From: Rotaria socialis
Taxonomy: Eukaryota
Assembly (NCBI GenBank): GCA_905331295.1
Contig: CAJNYD010000107.1
Location: 1-59,990, forward strand
Direction of reading: 5' to 3'
DNA: 59,990 bases
The notes under the pieces are model-generated. The model did not search any database. It had not been told where the DNA came from and saw only the letters and a program-made list of their open reading frames with translations. Positions 1 to 14,280 of the stretch are shown piece after piece (position 1 is the stretch's first letter; each line of letters opens with the position of its first letter). The position numbers and the translations under genes were made by a program.

Positions 1-659
1 ATGTTATATCACTTGATAGTGAAACATTTGCTCTTCCTCGCAAAGCAAAATATAGGTTTATACGATTCACATATCTTCTCTTGTGAATGAAATTCTCCGA
101 GTCATTTTTTCCCAGAATACTTAGGATACCAGACTCTATTTAGTCTTTTAGTTTCCTTGCAAGTTCTTGTACTGTTTCATCGAATAGAAATTTAAATTTA
201 AACTCTACTTTAAGGAATCAGCTTTCATATAAGAGCGAAGCAAAAAAGATTATGAGGTTAAAGGGCGGGTGGTTGTTTTGGGTTACAATCATGATGAGAC
301 GTAACGTGCCAAGTATGTTTGGATGAAGGCATCCGTCAGATAAGCGAACATATTTCTAGCTGCGACACAACTAATGAGACTGACGATGAGAACGAGCTGA
401 TCCCGCCAGATACAAGTCAGCTTTTATTTTCATTTATGTCCATTAATATGCACTTCATATTTTCTTCTCTACTTGGTGATCATTGCTTCGTGTATGCCAT
501 GCTTTAACATCTGCATTTTTTGCTTCTCCTCTCTTTTCTTTCTCTTATGATCTTATTCTTTTTTTGTATCCAATGTTGATGTTTTCTATATAGAAAAGCC
601 AATTTGAAAAATATATATTCCTTTTTATGCTATGCAAAAGCATTTATAATCAAACATCG

Positions 660-3600
660 ATGGATCGTAATGTACATAATGACTTGGCTCGAACAAGTAT
701 TATGTTGGATTTAGCTACAATCAAAGAAGATATTGGCGAGATTGATGACAATAATGACGATGATGAATCAACGAAACGTGAGATTAATAAAATTACAGAT
801 GAAAATGGTAAGAAATTTTTACTAAAAAAATCAAAATGACAAACATTCGAAGATTGTAAATCGCATAATATAATCAGTTTTATCTATTTGATTATCTACT
901 TCAATGTCATCAAAATTCATATAAAGATTTGTTTTCTTCCTTGTTTATATTTGTATATATATGTGTGTGTGTGTGTGTGCGTGTTTGTATGTGTAACGAG
1001 AGATAGACAAGTCTGTCAAACATCAAATAAGTGGAAACTACCCTAAAGAGAATCATGGCGAACGATAAATTATCATTAGTGTAGATAGATAGATATAAAA
1101 AAAAAACTTTTCTAAGCTTGAAAATAATCTAGAAACGATTGACAGGATATATGTCTGTCGATAAAAAAAAAGAAGCAAAATTAGCAATGGACTTTGACAA
1201 TGCTAATACAATAAGATAAATATTATCGACAAGTTTCTCTTTGCATCTTAATAATCGACAACTATTATTTGTTGATCGTATCTAATGAATTATCGACGGA
1301 TTAAAATGTTTCTTTTTTGTTTGGCATTTTACATTGAAATTTTAATTCGATTTACTTTGATGATATTTCCTGTTGTTTAGATTTATCATTACGTTTACAA
1401 AATCGTACCGACGTTGAAAATGATCTTAAAGATGACGAATCCCTAGAAACAATTACAACAATTGTACATCATTCAAATGAGTAAGTTAACAAGAAGATCA
1501 TGTTCAAATTAAAATTAAAAATTACTTTTCCTTTTTTTCCTTCTCCTTTTATTTTCTTGAAGTTCTCGTATACATATTAGTACAAAAACACATTGTCAAT
1601 TGCTCTGCACTCATAGGGAGAAATTCAGAATGAATGAACTGCCATTATTCGGCCTGCGTGTAAGTGCCATCTTGAGCAGCATCATTGCAAAGTCTTCTTT
1701 TCCTTTTCCTTTTTCTTCTTATTCTTTTTTGTTAATACTTGAACACATATAAGCAACGTTTTTATCTAACATTTAATTGCATTCCTATTTTTGTTGTTGT
1801 TGCTGCTGCTGTCTTGTGTCAAGGTATGAATGATGAAACGGAAAGTCTACCTTAATAGATGTCTTCATTCTCATTTTTTATGGTTAGAGTTGAACAAAAA
1901 CAATACACTAAAGAAGAAGAAGCAACATCAGCAATCATGCTGAATTTTAAAGATGAGCCCAACTGTAATTATTTATTGCATGTTTATGTGTGTGTTTTTC
2001 TAGCGGAAAACAATTGAATAGAGAAAGCTAGAAAGCTTTACTACTGTACGGAAATCATTTCATCTCATTTAGATTTATTATTCTTCGCTTTACGTTTTTT
2101 CCTTTCATTATTTCTATTGACAATTCTAGAGAATAATAAAAAACGAGCACGCACATATTAAGTTTTATTATTAACAGAGAAGAATATGCTTGCCGATATG
2201 GTACGTCTATATATAATGACTTTTTGTTTCTGTCTACCATTATATTTATATATATATATATATATCGATAGATCGTCTTTTATCTTAGTAAATCATTGTC
2301 AATTTAAAAATATGTCGGCATCATCGAAGAAGTGATGCTTTTTGTCGCTAAATTCTCGTTTTTTCTTTCTTTTTCTATCTCTCTCGCTACTCTTAGCACT
2401 GTCCTCGAGTGAAGAGAGCTGCTACATAGTTTGCTCTAATACACATAACTGAAAATGATCGATGTAATAAATTTTGTTCCAATTTGCATGACAAATCACG
2501 AACACGATTGAATAGAGACATAGAGCGTAAAGAACTAACGATAGAAATAGACTTATTTTTATCTTCCATTATTGTCAATATGTTTATAGACTTTTGTAGT
2601 TGGCTAACAAAGTTATCTGAAAAATCTTGTTCACTTACACTGATTTGTCGTTCGATAGATCGAAAGAAATAAGAGCAGCTCAACAGTCGTATCATCGAAA
2701 AGAGTATTGAACTGTAAAACGATAAATATAGAAAAGCTTTTCGGGATGGTCCTACTGTTTGACAAAACACAAGCGACAACTTGCCGAACTAAATTGACCT
2801 AATCGACGATTGGCACCTATATTTTTTTCTTCTTTTGCTTTCTCTTTTTAACGATGATGTGTCATCATCGGTTTCCGATTCATCCGCGCACCCTGTCGAC
2901 TCTACCAAGGATATGATCGAATTAGACAAGAAGACAAGAAGAAAAAAGAAAAGCACATCCTGGCACACGCCGTTTTTTAGTAGATACTAAAACACCAAAA
3001 CTATTTTCCGTTTATTACTATTATTATTATCGAAACTATCATTATCATTAGTTTTAGTAATCGTAGTACAAGTTCACCTAGCATCAATCTAACCGCCGCT
3101 CCATTTATTCTTGTTACACATGACAAAATTAGTTCAAACATCGAATCTCAATCATCAACGATTGAACCATCGACAAGGTCATCATCTATCAACATGGATA
3201 ACATAAGTTTAAAAGGTATGAATCAAGGCGAAAACATTTCCGTTGAAAGGTTAATTCTTTGTTTTTACGGTAAAGATTATTTTGATCGATCTTCGTGTCC
3301 TGGTTCACCAACTTTACCCGATAAACTTCTATCGTCAGCATCAACAACAACTACTTTATCACCTCCTGGAATTCATTTAGTTGCAAGTAATAATAGTTTA
3401 ACGAGCGCCGGCAAACGACGTGGTCTTGGCTTAAGTAGTGTTCATCGAGCTAGTTACAAACGTGCGCATACAGGAAGATTAGTAAGTCATAGAAATCGAT
3501 ATTATTCGAATGATAATTAAAGAATGAATATTCATAAGAATGCAATTCGGATTAGATCAACCAATTCCCATGCTGTGTTTAAATTGAGATCTGAGATTAA

Positions 3601-6600
3601 TCTCATTTGTTTTGTTTCAGTCTATCGATCATACACCATATGAATTATTTATTGAATTACATGATTTAAAGCAAGATGCTAATAATGAATATAAATGGCA
3701 TAAATGTGCAAGGTAAATTTAGTAGAATAATAAACAACACTGATTTCAATTCTTTTTGTTTTTCTTCTCATTCAACTATCAATAGATGGATTCGCTATGA
3801 GGAATCTTATGACTTTGAATCAGAACGATGGCAAGGTTTGTTTGAAAGGAATTCTTTTTTTTTCACCGAAGACATCTTGCTTTTGTTTTTATTTCTAGCT
3901 CCACGAGTCGGCTGTTTGAATTTCCATAGTTTGCTTGAATTACGTCGGGGCTTACAATATGGTGCGTATGTTGTTTTTATTTAGAAAACTTTGACGAGAA
4001 TTTTGTTTTTTCATATTGATCTTTCATCATTGTTCATTTTTCTTGTAGGGATCGTGTTGCTTGATCTTGATGAGCAAAAACTCGAACGTATTTATGAAGC
4101 CATTATTAACGATGCTATTGCCACTGGGCAAATGAATAAGGATCTGAAAGATGAACTCCTTCGGCTTTTAATAAGTAATCACAAGTATGAATGAATTTAT
4201 TTTAATTGAAAAATTAGTAGCCTACGATTGTTTTCACTTTTTGTTTTTCAAAGACATCCTGAAGCTCGTTCATCTCGACGTCGGTCATCAACGATTGATT
4301 TTCCGCAATTAGCAGCGCGTCGGTCAAGTTTAGCTTTTCGACGAAGTGACCCGACTAGTACCGATAATAATAATAGTCGACGTATGAGTCTCTTAGAACA
4401 AAAACCCAACGGGGATTTGAATAAAACTTTCAAAACTCTTATTGTTCAAGTTAGTATTTTGTATATTTTCTTTTTTGTTTTGCATGTAAAATCAATCTTG
4501 TTTAGTATGATAATATTGCTGAATCGGTTATAACTGATTTGCATACAAAATCAAGTTTCTCAGAAGAATTACCACAAAATTTCGATGATTACAGCAATGA
4601 AAATGTTAATCAATCACAGCGGCCATCTATACCACAAACATTTTCGTTTCGTCGAAATTCACAAATTCAACAAAAAAAACGTCGCGATTCTATTCCAATT
4701 AAAGTAATAAATAATAGACCAGAAAAACAAAATTTTTTGTCATTCTCAAAGAATCCACTGTTCGAATGATATTGAATCAATGAAAATTTTAACTGGACCT
4801 TTTTTTATTATTGATCTATAAATAGATCATTTGTTTTTCCGAGAGAATCAGCCAGGACGTTCTTTTCTTCTACATTACAATTAAGAGTTTCAAAGTAGTA
4901 TTCCAGTCTGACAGACTTTTGTTAAACATATAGAGAGGATAAGTGCACAGATTTTTGCTCCTGTTAGATAAGAATGTTTAAGATTGAATGTTCTAACTAT
5001 TTGCACTTCGTCACCAGAGAAAACTATGCAAAAATCAATGCGTATGACGAAGTCAGTCAAACAAATGCTGAACATTCAGCGTTTGTTTTTTCATTGATCT
5101 AGCCGCCGCGAATGCATGTTTGCGTTATGTTCATGTTCTGGTGATTAGTTTATAGAAGATAATCCGTTTAAAGTCATAGCATATTTAACTATAATCTTTA
5201 TTTCCGGTTAGAAAAGAAGGAGAAAAACTTCTTTCGTTTTCGTCCCAACAAGTTTTCATTTATTTATTAAACGTATTGAACTAATCTTCTATTGTTTAGT
5301 CCGACGTAATGCGATGTATTCCAGGAAATGCTGAATGTGCTGAAGTATTGATTGGTAGTATGCGACACTTAACTAGGCCTATAATGGCATTTGTTCGTCT
5401 TTCAGAAGGTCAAGTAATAGGTAAGACTTTATTTTATTTATTCTATTGTTAATTTGTTCGGCTTCTTCTAAAGATAATATGACTGAAGTTCCATTGCCGG
5501 TACGCTTTATTTTTTTGCTTATTGGTCCAGCTATGGATGAATACTTAGAGATTGGTCGTGCACTAAGCACATTATTTAGTACAATGGTAAATAGTTGTTC
5601 TTGCTCTTTTTTTTTTATCGTTGTCTAGTAAATTTATTGGTTAACAGGACTTTCGAGAAACGGCATATCAAGCGATGGATCGCCGTGATTTATTAAACGG
5701 TGTAAATGATTTTCTTACGAACTCGATTGTTTTACCGCCAGGAGATTTCGATAAAGAACTTCTATTGCCTATAATTGAAACAGCTAAATTAAAAAAATTG
5801 AATGCAAAACGACGTTCAACACGAGCACGATCTCAAAATTCTGATCGGACCAATGATCAAGACCGCAGACCATCGCAAGGTAAATATTTATATAAATCGA
5901 TAGGTTTTCCTTTAACTTTTTTCGAAAATATTTTAGTTTCAAAAATTTTATTAAGTAAGTCGAATGAAATGAATTGTTCTTTTTTCAATGATCATAAAAT
6001 CATATTCTAGCGCAAATGTCTACTTCATCGCACGATAAACAAGATGAAGATCCGTTTCAAAGGAGTGGCTTCGTATTTGGTGGTGTCTATCGTGAAATGC
6101 GCCGACGTTACGAGCATTACAAATCAGATATTTTCGATGCGTTTAGTCTTAATTGTCTTGTTAGTCTCATATTTATGTTTATTGCATGTCTGGCGCCTGC
6201 ATTGACTTTTGGTGGTATTATAGGTAAATGAAAAACATCCGATATGAAAAGTAATAACATAGAACTTTTTATTGTTTTATTTTTCTTAGCTGATAAAACG
6301 AACAATAGATTGGGTGTCAATGAAATGCTGATTGCAGCATCTGTTAATGGTTTCCTATTTGCTTTTGTCAGCGGACAGCCATTGCTTATTCTTGGACCAA
6401 CTGGACCTTTTCTTGTCTTTGAAGAAATGGTCTATGATGTAAGTAAATCAATAATTGAAAAACAATTTCAACGTAATTGAGAGACTAATTTGCTCGAAAT
6501 TGATTCTGATGGAAGGTTGCTTTCGTTGATTAGGTCTTGTGCATGACGAGAGCATCAGGCTTGCCTTGTATTCAGAATTATAACTACTATTCGTTGTAGA

Positions 6601-9600
6601 GAATATGTTGGGTTACTGTAAGCGATGAATATCGTTTATTTTTGTCTTTCAATATCAATGAGGCGTAAGATAATAATTTGCAAGAAGATCGAACAGACCG
6701 ACTGGGATAAAAATATCTCCTATTGTATACATTGTGAAATGACAATCATGTTGCCTTGAATAGAAGCACGGTTATCGAAGAAAACAAAGATGTAGCGTTT
6801 TTTGTTTGTATACGAATGTACTGGATTTATTTGTTCCATAATAATCGAGGTTCTTTTCGTCCAAGAGAAATTAGAGCGATCCATTGTATTGAAATTAATA
6901 ATCTGTAAAGTTTCTAAAAATATACATTGAATTTGTATTGTGTTCCATCACTTAATCTTAACTATGTTTTTCTAAAGCCGAAAGAGACGGCACGAATAAG
7001 ATGTTAATTAAACTCCATAGAGAATAAAAATATATTATTCTAATTTAGTTATGTCAATCGTTGCAATGCGATTTTTGGACTGTTCGATTGTGTGTTAGCC
7101 TTTGGACAACGTTTTTTATAATAATTCTAGTGGCATTCGAAGGTAGCTTTATGATTCGTCATGTAACTCGATTTACTGAAGAAATATTTGCTCTCATAAT
7201 TGCTGTTGTTTATCTCTATGAACCATTCAAGAAAATTTATAAAGTAAAATATCGAATTTATTTTTCTCTACATTCGTATTTTAACCTAAATATCTCTCTT
7301 CTAAAATAGATATTTCAATTAAATCCAGTATTATGGAAATATAATTATAGCTATCCATTAGCTTGTTCGTGTAATACATCATCTTCTAATGAAGATACGA
7401 ATCTCTCATCTAATAATGGTTCATATTCATCATTATATTCGTGCTATGATTGCCTACCTACCGAACGTTATGTGTCGTCATCATTATTACAAACTAATTA
7501 TACAACAATATCAAGCGATGAAACTCAATTACCAAATAAAGCATTACTCTCATTAATTATACTTCTTGGAACGTGCTTTATAGCAATTGCACTTAAGCGT
7601 TTTCGACGAAGCAATTTTTTTGGTCGGAGTGTAAGTTAATTTTAGACAAAAAAAAATATTGATTTGTTTATCTATGCAAGCCCTTGAATGAAATTTATTT
7701 TCTAAAAATTCTAAAAGCAAGATAAAATCCGAAATGCCATTTTTGTGTACTCAAAAAGTGAGTACACTCTAGATCGGTCAGTGTGCCCGGCCGACCGTAG
7801 GCACGATAACTTTCGAAAAAAGAGTCAGATCGTGATGAAATTTTCCACACATTTCAATCTCATGAATATCTCGGTCGAGTTCGAAGATGAGAAGGATCCC
7901 TCAAGAAATGGTTGAGTTATCGAAAAAATTGTCATTTTTTGACCAGGCCATTCCTGAGGAGGATTGCAGGGAATTTTTTTCAAAAAATAAATCTTTCTCA
8001 GAATTATTCACAACATATATCAATCGACTCAGTTTTTAACGCTGATTCCGAATCTGATATTAGTTTTGAACTAAATCGTAGCTTTCTAACGAAACATCGC
8101 CTGAAAAGCGTCTCAAAATGCACAAAAGCTGCATCCAAAAATCAAATTGCCTAGTTTCTCATGATAATTTTGATGTTCAGACATTCTAGAATGACTCATA
8201 TGTCCCATGCACTTTTTGCAGTACACATAACTCTCGGATGTAATCCGAAGTTTCCACATTTTTTAATTCTCAACTATATGTAACATCGTATCAATTGAAT
8301 GCATAAAAAGAAAAAGTCTAAGTAAACCTGATAGTCATAGTAGTAGTACTCGCTCTCTTGGATCAGAAAAAACTTCAGAAGAAATATTCTGTATTGAAGT
8401 AGTAAAGCAAGAAAAAAAACAACAACCACGATTTATTCGAATTCAATCAATGAAAAACATCAGATTATTCCGGAGTGTGGATACATCGGGGGGTATTTTC
8501 TTGTGTTCATAAGGCTTTTGGCTTTTCCATCAGTTCCCGGACTAGATTTTCTCTTTGCATTTATTATATATAACATCATTAGAATATTGTAGAAATACAA
8601 TTTGCTCAAAACGAAAATGCCACTTACAGTTTGAAGCTAATGATAGATTAATAAATCTAAGTTCCTAGAAATATACGCAATGATCTTAATCTTCTATTAT
8701 CAACGCAATTGTTTATGATTGCATTATAATTAAAATTTTTTTTAGTCACGACAGACATTGAGTGATTTTGGCATGACTATTGCTCTTATATGTATGGTAC
8801 TGTTCGATATGTTAATCACTAAGAATGCTGGCGGTCATAGTTTAACTCAAGTAAATATGTGAAACAAAAAAAAGAAATGATGATAAACTATATATTCTGC
8901 TAATTCATATAGAAAATTACTGTACCAAGTTCAATTCGACCCAGTGATCGAGAGCGTGGCAATGTTTGGCTAATATCACCATTACGTAAACGGTTACCAG
9001 TTTGGGTTTATTTTGCATCTTCGTTCCCTGCTATTCTTATTTCTGTCGTTCTTTTTTTCGAAGTAGAATTAACGAGGTAAACAGAAATAATTAAATGCAC
9101 GAAAAATTCAATAAGATTTACTTCGTTTTCTTCTAGTATTATGATACAATCAAAATTAAAATGTGTCAATACAACTAAATCTATTAAAGGTACTGGTTAT
9201 CATTTAGATATATTGATAGCAGGTAAAGGAAATTTATTTAGTTTTTCGTTCTCATTGAATACTGTTGTTTTTTCTTCGTATTAGGCGTTTTAATATCTGT
9301 CAGTGGGCTTTTCGGTCTTCCGTGGATTTGCGCAGCACCTGTCCGAAGTATTGCTCATGTAGCTAGTTTATCAAAATATAGTAAAACTCATGCGCCCGGA
9401 GAAAAACCTCGTCTTATCGATATAAAAGATCAACGTGTAACAAACATAGGCGTACATATACTTATTGGTTGTACGATATTCGCAGCTCCTATTATTTGTA
9501 AAATTCCCGTTGCCGCTTTGTTTGGTATTTTTTTATATTTTGGTATTGTATCAATATCTGGTACGCAATTATTCAGTCGACTTAAAATGATGTTTATTCC

Positions 9601-10009
9601 GACAAAATATCATCCCAATATTGGATACTTAAGACGTGTATGTACACATTTTGTTGTGTGGTCGACGTTTATTTTGCAGAAAACAAAATCTCTTTTACTT
9701 TAGATCCGTCAAATGAAACGCTATGCGTACACATTTATACAAATCATCGCTGCCGGTTTATTGATAACAATAAAAGTGACTAATTTCGCTTTTTTATTTC
9801 CGTTTATCCTTGTTCTACTTGTGCCGTTTCGCAAATGGTGTCTTCCATGCATTTTTACTGAACGAGAACTCACTGAGGTAAAAATTTTAATTGTATCTTT
9901 AGTTTTTTTCTCTAAAATTTTATCTCTTTAGCTTGATGGAGATGAACAACCAGATAGCATCTTCGATGATGAAATTGATTTCTATGGTCAAGTTCATTTG
10001 CCCATTTAA
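660..10009 (+). CDS. SLC4: SLC4 family anion exchanger (band 3/AE-type Cl-/HCO3- exchanger), multi-exon
   Basis: Spliced exons give SLC4 motifs: RWIRYEE, HSLLELRR, EVPLPVRFIFLLIGP, YLEIGRALSTL, DPFQRSGFVFGG, APALTFGG, GQPLLILGPTGP, TRFTEEIFA, GLPWICAAPVRS, LFGIFLYFG. Stop TAA at 10007-10009. The start is uncertain (in-frame ATGs at 627 and 660). Confidence 0.95.
961..980. repeat. (TG)n microsatellite in SLC4 intron
   Basis: atgtgtgtgtgtgtgtgtgc read directly. Confidence 0.85.
7740..8505. mobile_element. Non-autonomous interspersed repeat in SLC4 intron (possible Helentron/HINE-like element)
   Basis: Begins with a T run and a perfect hairpin gtgtactc-aaaaagt-gagtacac, then GC-richer cccggccgaccg; ends near ggggggtattttcttg. 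It inflates an intron far above the local size. Boundaries and class are uncertain. Confidence 0.4.
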
Positions 10010-10165
10010 TCATGCAAATATCCGGTGGTTTGCTATTACTTTTATTTTATGTAAGGAAAAAAAGGCAAGGGAAAAAATTAGATATTTTATGTAAAAATAT
10101 TCTGCCTGTGTAGTTTTTATTTTTCGCTTATTTTGTTAAAATCATGTTTGTATGTTCTTGTTCGA

Positions 10166-11301
10166 TTACCACTGTGAAACTGCGTCCCAATGAGGTTTAT
10201 CTTTATAAAATAAATCGCTGTTAACATGCCAATGAAGAAGTTCAGCAACTATTTCTCGTTGTTCTTCAGCAAATTTCTTCCATAATTCATGTATATCCAT
10301 AATCTCTTTAGCATTCCGAATAAAATATTGAATGCAACATTGTTTAATCAATTTATTGTCGTATTTGTAGGCTGCTCTGAGTAACATTAATACATTAGTT
10401 GTATTAATACGACTGGAAAGAACTATATTATTTAAACAAAACAAAAAAAACAGATGAATAACAGGACTTATGATGTAAATGGTAAAGTCTCTGGGCTGCT
10501 AGCTTTAGCTCTACCCCTCAATCCTTCAAACTCTTCGATCACAATGACAAAACAAGACTTACAACGACCAGTATGAACTTTCAGATCTTTAATATCGTAT
10601 CGACCAGCAGCATCAAGAAGAGCATAACCTTAAAACGAGAAGAAAATCCTGTTTTCTGTTTTGTTATTTTCATGGTTGAACAAAATCTTACAATTGCTAT
10701 CATCTAATTCACATCGACCCGTGTACATGAAGACAATAACTTGTTTCATTATTTCTGGAACTGCTTTATTAATATTAATAACTAATTTGTCTTTATGTGT
10801 CATTGTTTCGAGTTGTTCTCTTTCATCATTCGGAAGTCGATTGAAATTACCCGATATAACCGCTTTAATAATTAAAATAGAAAAGCATCGTTTCTTTTTC
10901 GAATTTTTTACCTGCAAAAGCGTTTGAACGAGCCGCAAGTATGCATTTGTGAACGGCCATATAAGTACCTAATACATGGGAAATTTTCGTAAATGCCTTT
11001 TAAATCTTGAAATCTTTATACCTCGAACATTGAGGTAACAATCACTGATATCAACTCGATTCAGTAAATTACCCAAATCAGACGATAGATGTTCAAGTAA
11101 AGCTTTATTATGTTCTTCTTCTGATGCTGGATTATACACGCCCGCGCTCGCATGCCGTTGACTCTGTTGAGCATTACTAATTCGGCCGTTTTCTGTTTGT
11201 GGTCGCCCTATGACAAAAGCGTCTGGCCCACTAGATTGCCTTTTTTCTGGTGGCGCTGATCGCTGTTGAATACTTTCATCATTGTCGTATGTTGTAGTCA
11301 T
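10166..11301 (-). CDS. BTB/POZ domain protein (SPOP-like BTB plus C-terminal BACK-like helices), ~5 exons
   Basis: Exons read LGNLLNRVDISDCYLNVRG / VHKCILAARSNAF / PEIMKQVIVFMYTG / LLDAGRYDIKDLK / NVLMLLRAAYKYDNKLIKQCCIQYF, a canonical BTB pattern. Confidence 0.88.
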
Positions 11302-12490
11302 TGTTCTGATGAAATTTTGTTGCTGCTAAAACCTCTTTGACAAGCTATTTATGAAGACTGAATTCTTTTTTATGATTGTCGATTAGAAAAAGGAGGAAAA
11401 AAAGAAATTGTATGTAGTTAAATACTAAGCCTTTATGTTATCGTCATAGTAACTATCAGTAAGAGAAAGAATTGGACAATTTACAGATATATAATCGACA
11501 ATATAGGCACTCTCAACTTTCTCTAATCCATAAATACTAACTGAAGATAAGAAAATGAATCTTACATCGAATACTTTAGTCTATTTCTTAATAAAAACCA
11601 ATCTGAAGATGAAGTGTCGTGTCGTTATATGACTGTATTTTATTGCAGTAGACCCTATTTGAATATTAAGCTTTGAAGCAAATCAAGTTATTATGATGTG
11701 AATGAAGTCACACACCCGCACTCTGACGTAGTCTGCACGGAACAGGATTAGTGTTTGAAGAGGCATAGCAAAAGAATATATACTGAAAAAAATGATTATG
11801 ATATTTAAACAAAATTTTGTCATCTACCACAAAAAAAAGTACAAAGTATAATGACACTCGAACAAAAAAAAACCTCATTCATACACTGCAAGGAAATCAC
11901 TGATAATTGATGATATATATTAAAGAACATGTGCAAACCGTAGCACGCATAAACGATAAACAAATCGAAAAAGAAGAATTTATCAATGCCGTACACATAT
12001 GGATTGAATAGTTTCATTGTACTTAGCGACAATAATGTGTTCAGGGATAACCTCTAGCGGATTATCGCTGTTTTTCATGAATAATCATTCATTTAATCGG
12101 CAAATAACTGTGCGGTACATGTAGCCATTGTACCTAGTGTAGAGCTCTTCTACACAACACCCTGTACTTCTTTGAAAAATATTGGAATCATTGTCACCAA
12201 AAGGCACGCTTTTACTGGTACGTGACTTTTAAATTCTACTGATTAGACATCCGGCATCGGAAGAAAATAAAATTTGAGATAGGCAAAACTGAGATTTTTA
12301 CGAATAAGAAAATTGAAACAGCCATGATCCAGAATAAATAAAAACTTTGCTCTGTTCTGTACTAAATTGCATAAAAATCGAATGTTGTGTTTTTGAAAAA
12401 ATAGCATTGTCCGTTCTCTTACTTCCGCAAAAAAAGAAGCATCGGTACAGTTTTTCTTTTCATTGCTTGTCGATTTGTCACACTCGAATC

Positions 12491-13715
12491 ATGTATCCTA
12501 AATATCCGTCATTAAATACGAATTATAATAATAATAGAAATGAAAATCGGAATTATTTCACTACTAGTGAACAACGTATGCCTGCTTTTCAACAATTTAT
12601 TCGTCGTTACGAAAGTAAAATATTTTTTTCTTATAGATTAATTAAAATAGAATTTTTCTTGTTCTCTTATAGTTAATCCAACATTTGCTAAAAAATTACT
12701 CGCATTGGATGGTTATGAAATTGTATTTATTTGTGATGATTCTGGTTCAATGAATACTCCACTTGGTAGAATAATTATGTCGTTCATCTTCGTATTAATT
12801 CTTAAGTCTATATTTAGGTGATGTTTATGGTCCTTATAAAAATGCAGCTACTCGTTGTAAAATTAATATTTCTATATTCTATCTCTGTGTTTCATTCGTT
12901 TTGACTTTCATAGGGGCTGAACTCAAGCAAACAGTTTCCATAATTGTAGACCTAGCCTGTTTGCTTGATCCGAATGGTGTTGATATTTATTTTCTTAATC
13001 GTGATCCAATTTTTAATGTGAGACATTCATCAGAATTAATTCCCATTTTTAATGTGCCGCCCGAAGGTATTTTATACGAAATCATTCATTTCATATGGAA
13101 CTGTTTTTTTTCTTCTCTCTCTTCTATTTGAATTATTTTATGTGGGACGCCAATAACACGTGTTCTTCGTCAAGTTCTTCAGAGTAAACAAAAAGAAATT
13201 CAAGAACGTAATTTACTCATCTTGATTGCAACTGATGGAACACCTACGAATGATGAAGGCTACCAAGATAGTTTATCTCTAGAAAATGTTTTGAAAAATG
13301 AGCGGCACCCAACAAGTCGTATACCGGTATCCATTATTGCTTGTACAGGTAACACAATGAATTGATTAGAAAACATTTTCGATAAATGATCGATGTACTT
13401 TAGATGATGAACAAGATATGGACTATTTAAATGAATGGGATACGAGCATTCCTAATCTTGATGTTGCCGATGATTATCGAAGTGAAAAAAGACAAATTTT
13501 AAAATGTCAAGGTACTGATTTTCCATTTAGTTTCGGTGATGTAAGTTAGAATGATTTATTTAATAGATTAATATTTGTTTTTATTTTTTTATATTTTCAA
13601 GTATATTGTTAAAATTCTACTGGGTGCCATAGATCAAACGATTGACGAATGGGATGAAAAGAAAATTACACCACATGATAATAGACGGCAGCGACCACCT
13701 TATGGCAAATCCTAA
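12491..13715 (+). CDS. von Willebrand factor A (VWA) domain protein, ~7 exons
   Basis: MIDAS motifs IVFICDDSGSM ... GTP ... LIATDG; also TRWAELK, DPNGVDIYFLN, LDVADDYRSE, FPFSFGDYIVKILLG. One splice acceptor is anomalous (see findings). Confidence 0.85.
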
Positions 13716-14280
13716 ACGATGAACTTCGACTTTGTAAATAAATTTACAATGATCTTGCTAATTAAATAAATAAATATTCAGAGCTGCCGCAATTTTTTTT
13801 TATTTGTTTGCATGTGCGATGGAGTTTGAGACGGGACTAGCTTTTGCCAGTTGATAAAAATGATATCTTCACTCGTGAAGCTAAATTTATGTTTTCACGA
13901 TCTAGTGCTTGAAATTTTTTTGAATTGTTTGAGGAGTAAATGTCCTTTCGATATTCATCATTTACAAAAATAGAAATTCTTAAAAAAATCCAAGCGCTGA
14001 AAGAAAAACTAATCGTCTTTCGGACTCGTCATGGATATTAATTGATGAATAGACTCTCCAACGATTACAGTTCTGATATACTTATAAAGAATATTTTCAA
14101 AATAAACCTCAAGATAAGTATCATTATCTATATTATATATGTAAAGATAAACATTTTCGTTCTTGTGACTGGTAGTTTTTCAATGTACTCAAAATGTACC
14201 CTTGGCGTTAAACTGTATCTATGAATATCCATGTTCGAAAAACAAAAAAGAAACTTTCTAAACGATGTCTCATAATCGAT

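Noticed and set aside
2393..2779. 128-aa minus-strand ORF and overlapping ORFs in the SLC4 intron
   Set aside because: No recognisable domain or splice context; likely chance ORFs in intronic or alternative-promoter DNA.
7912..8154. 80-aa ORF inside the intronic repeat as a transposase
   Set aside because: Too short, starts with TTG, and has no catalytic motif.
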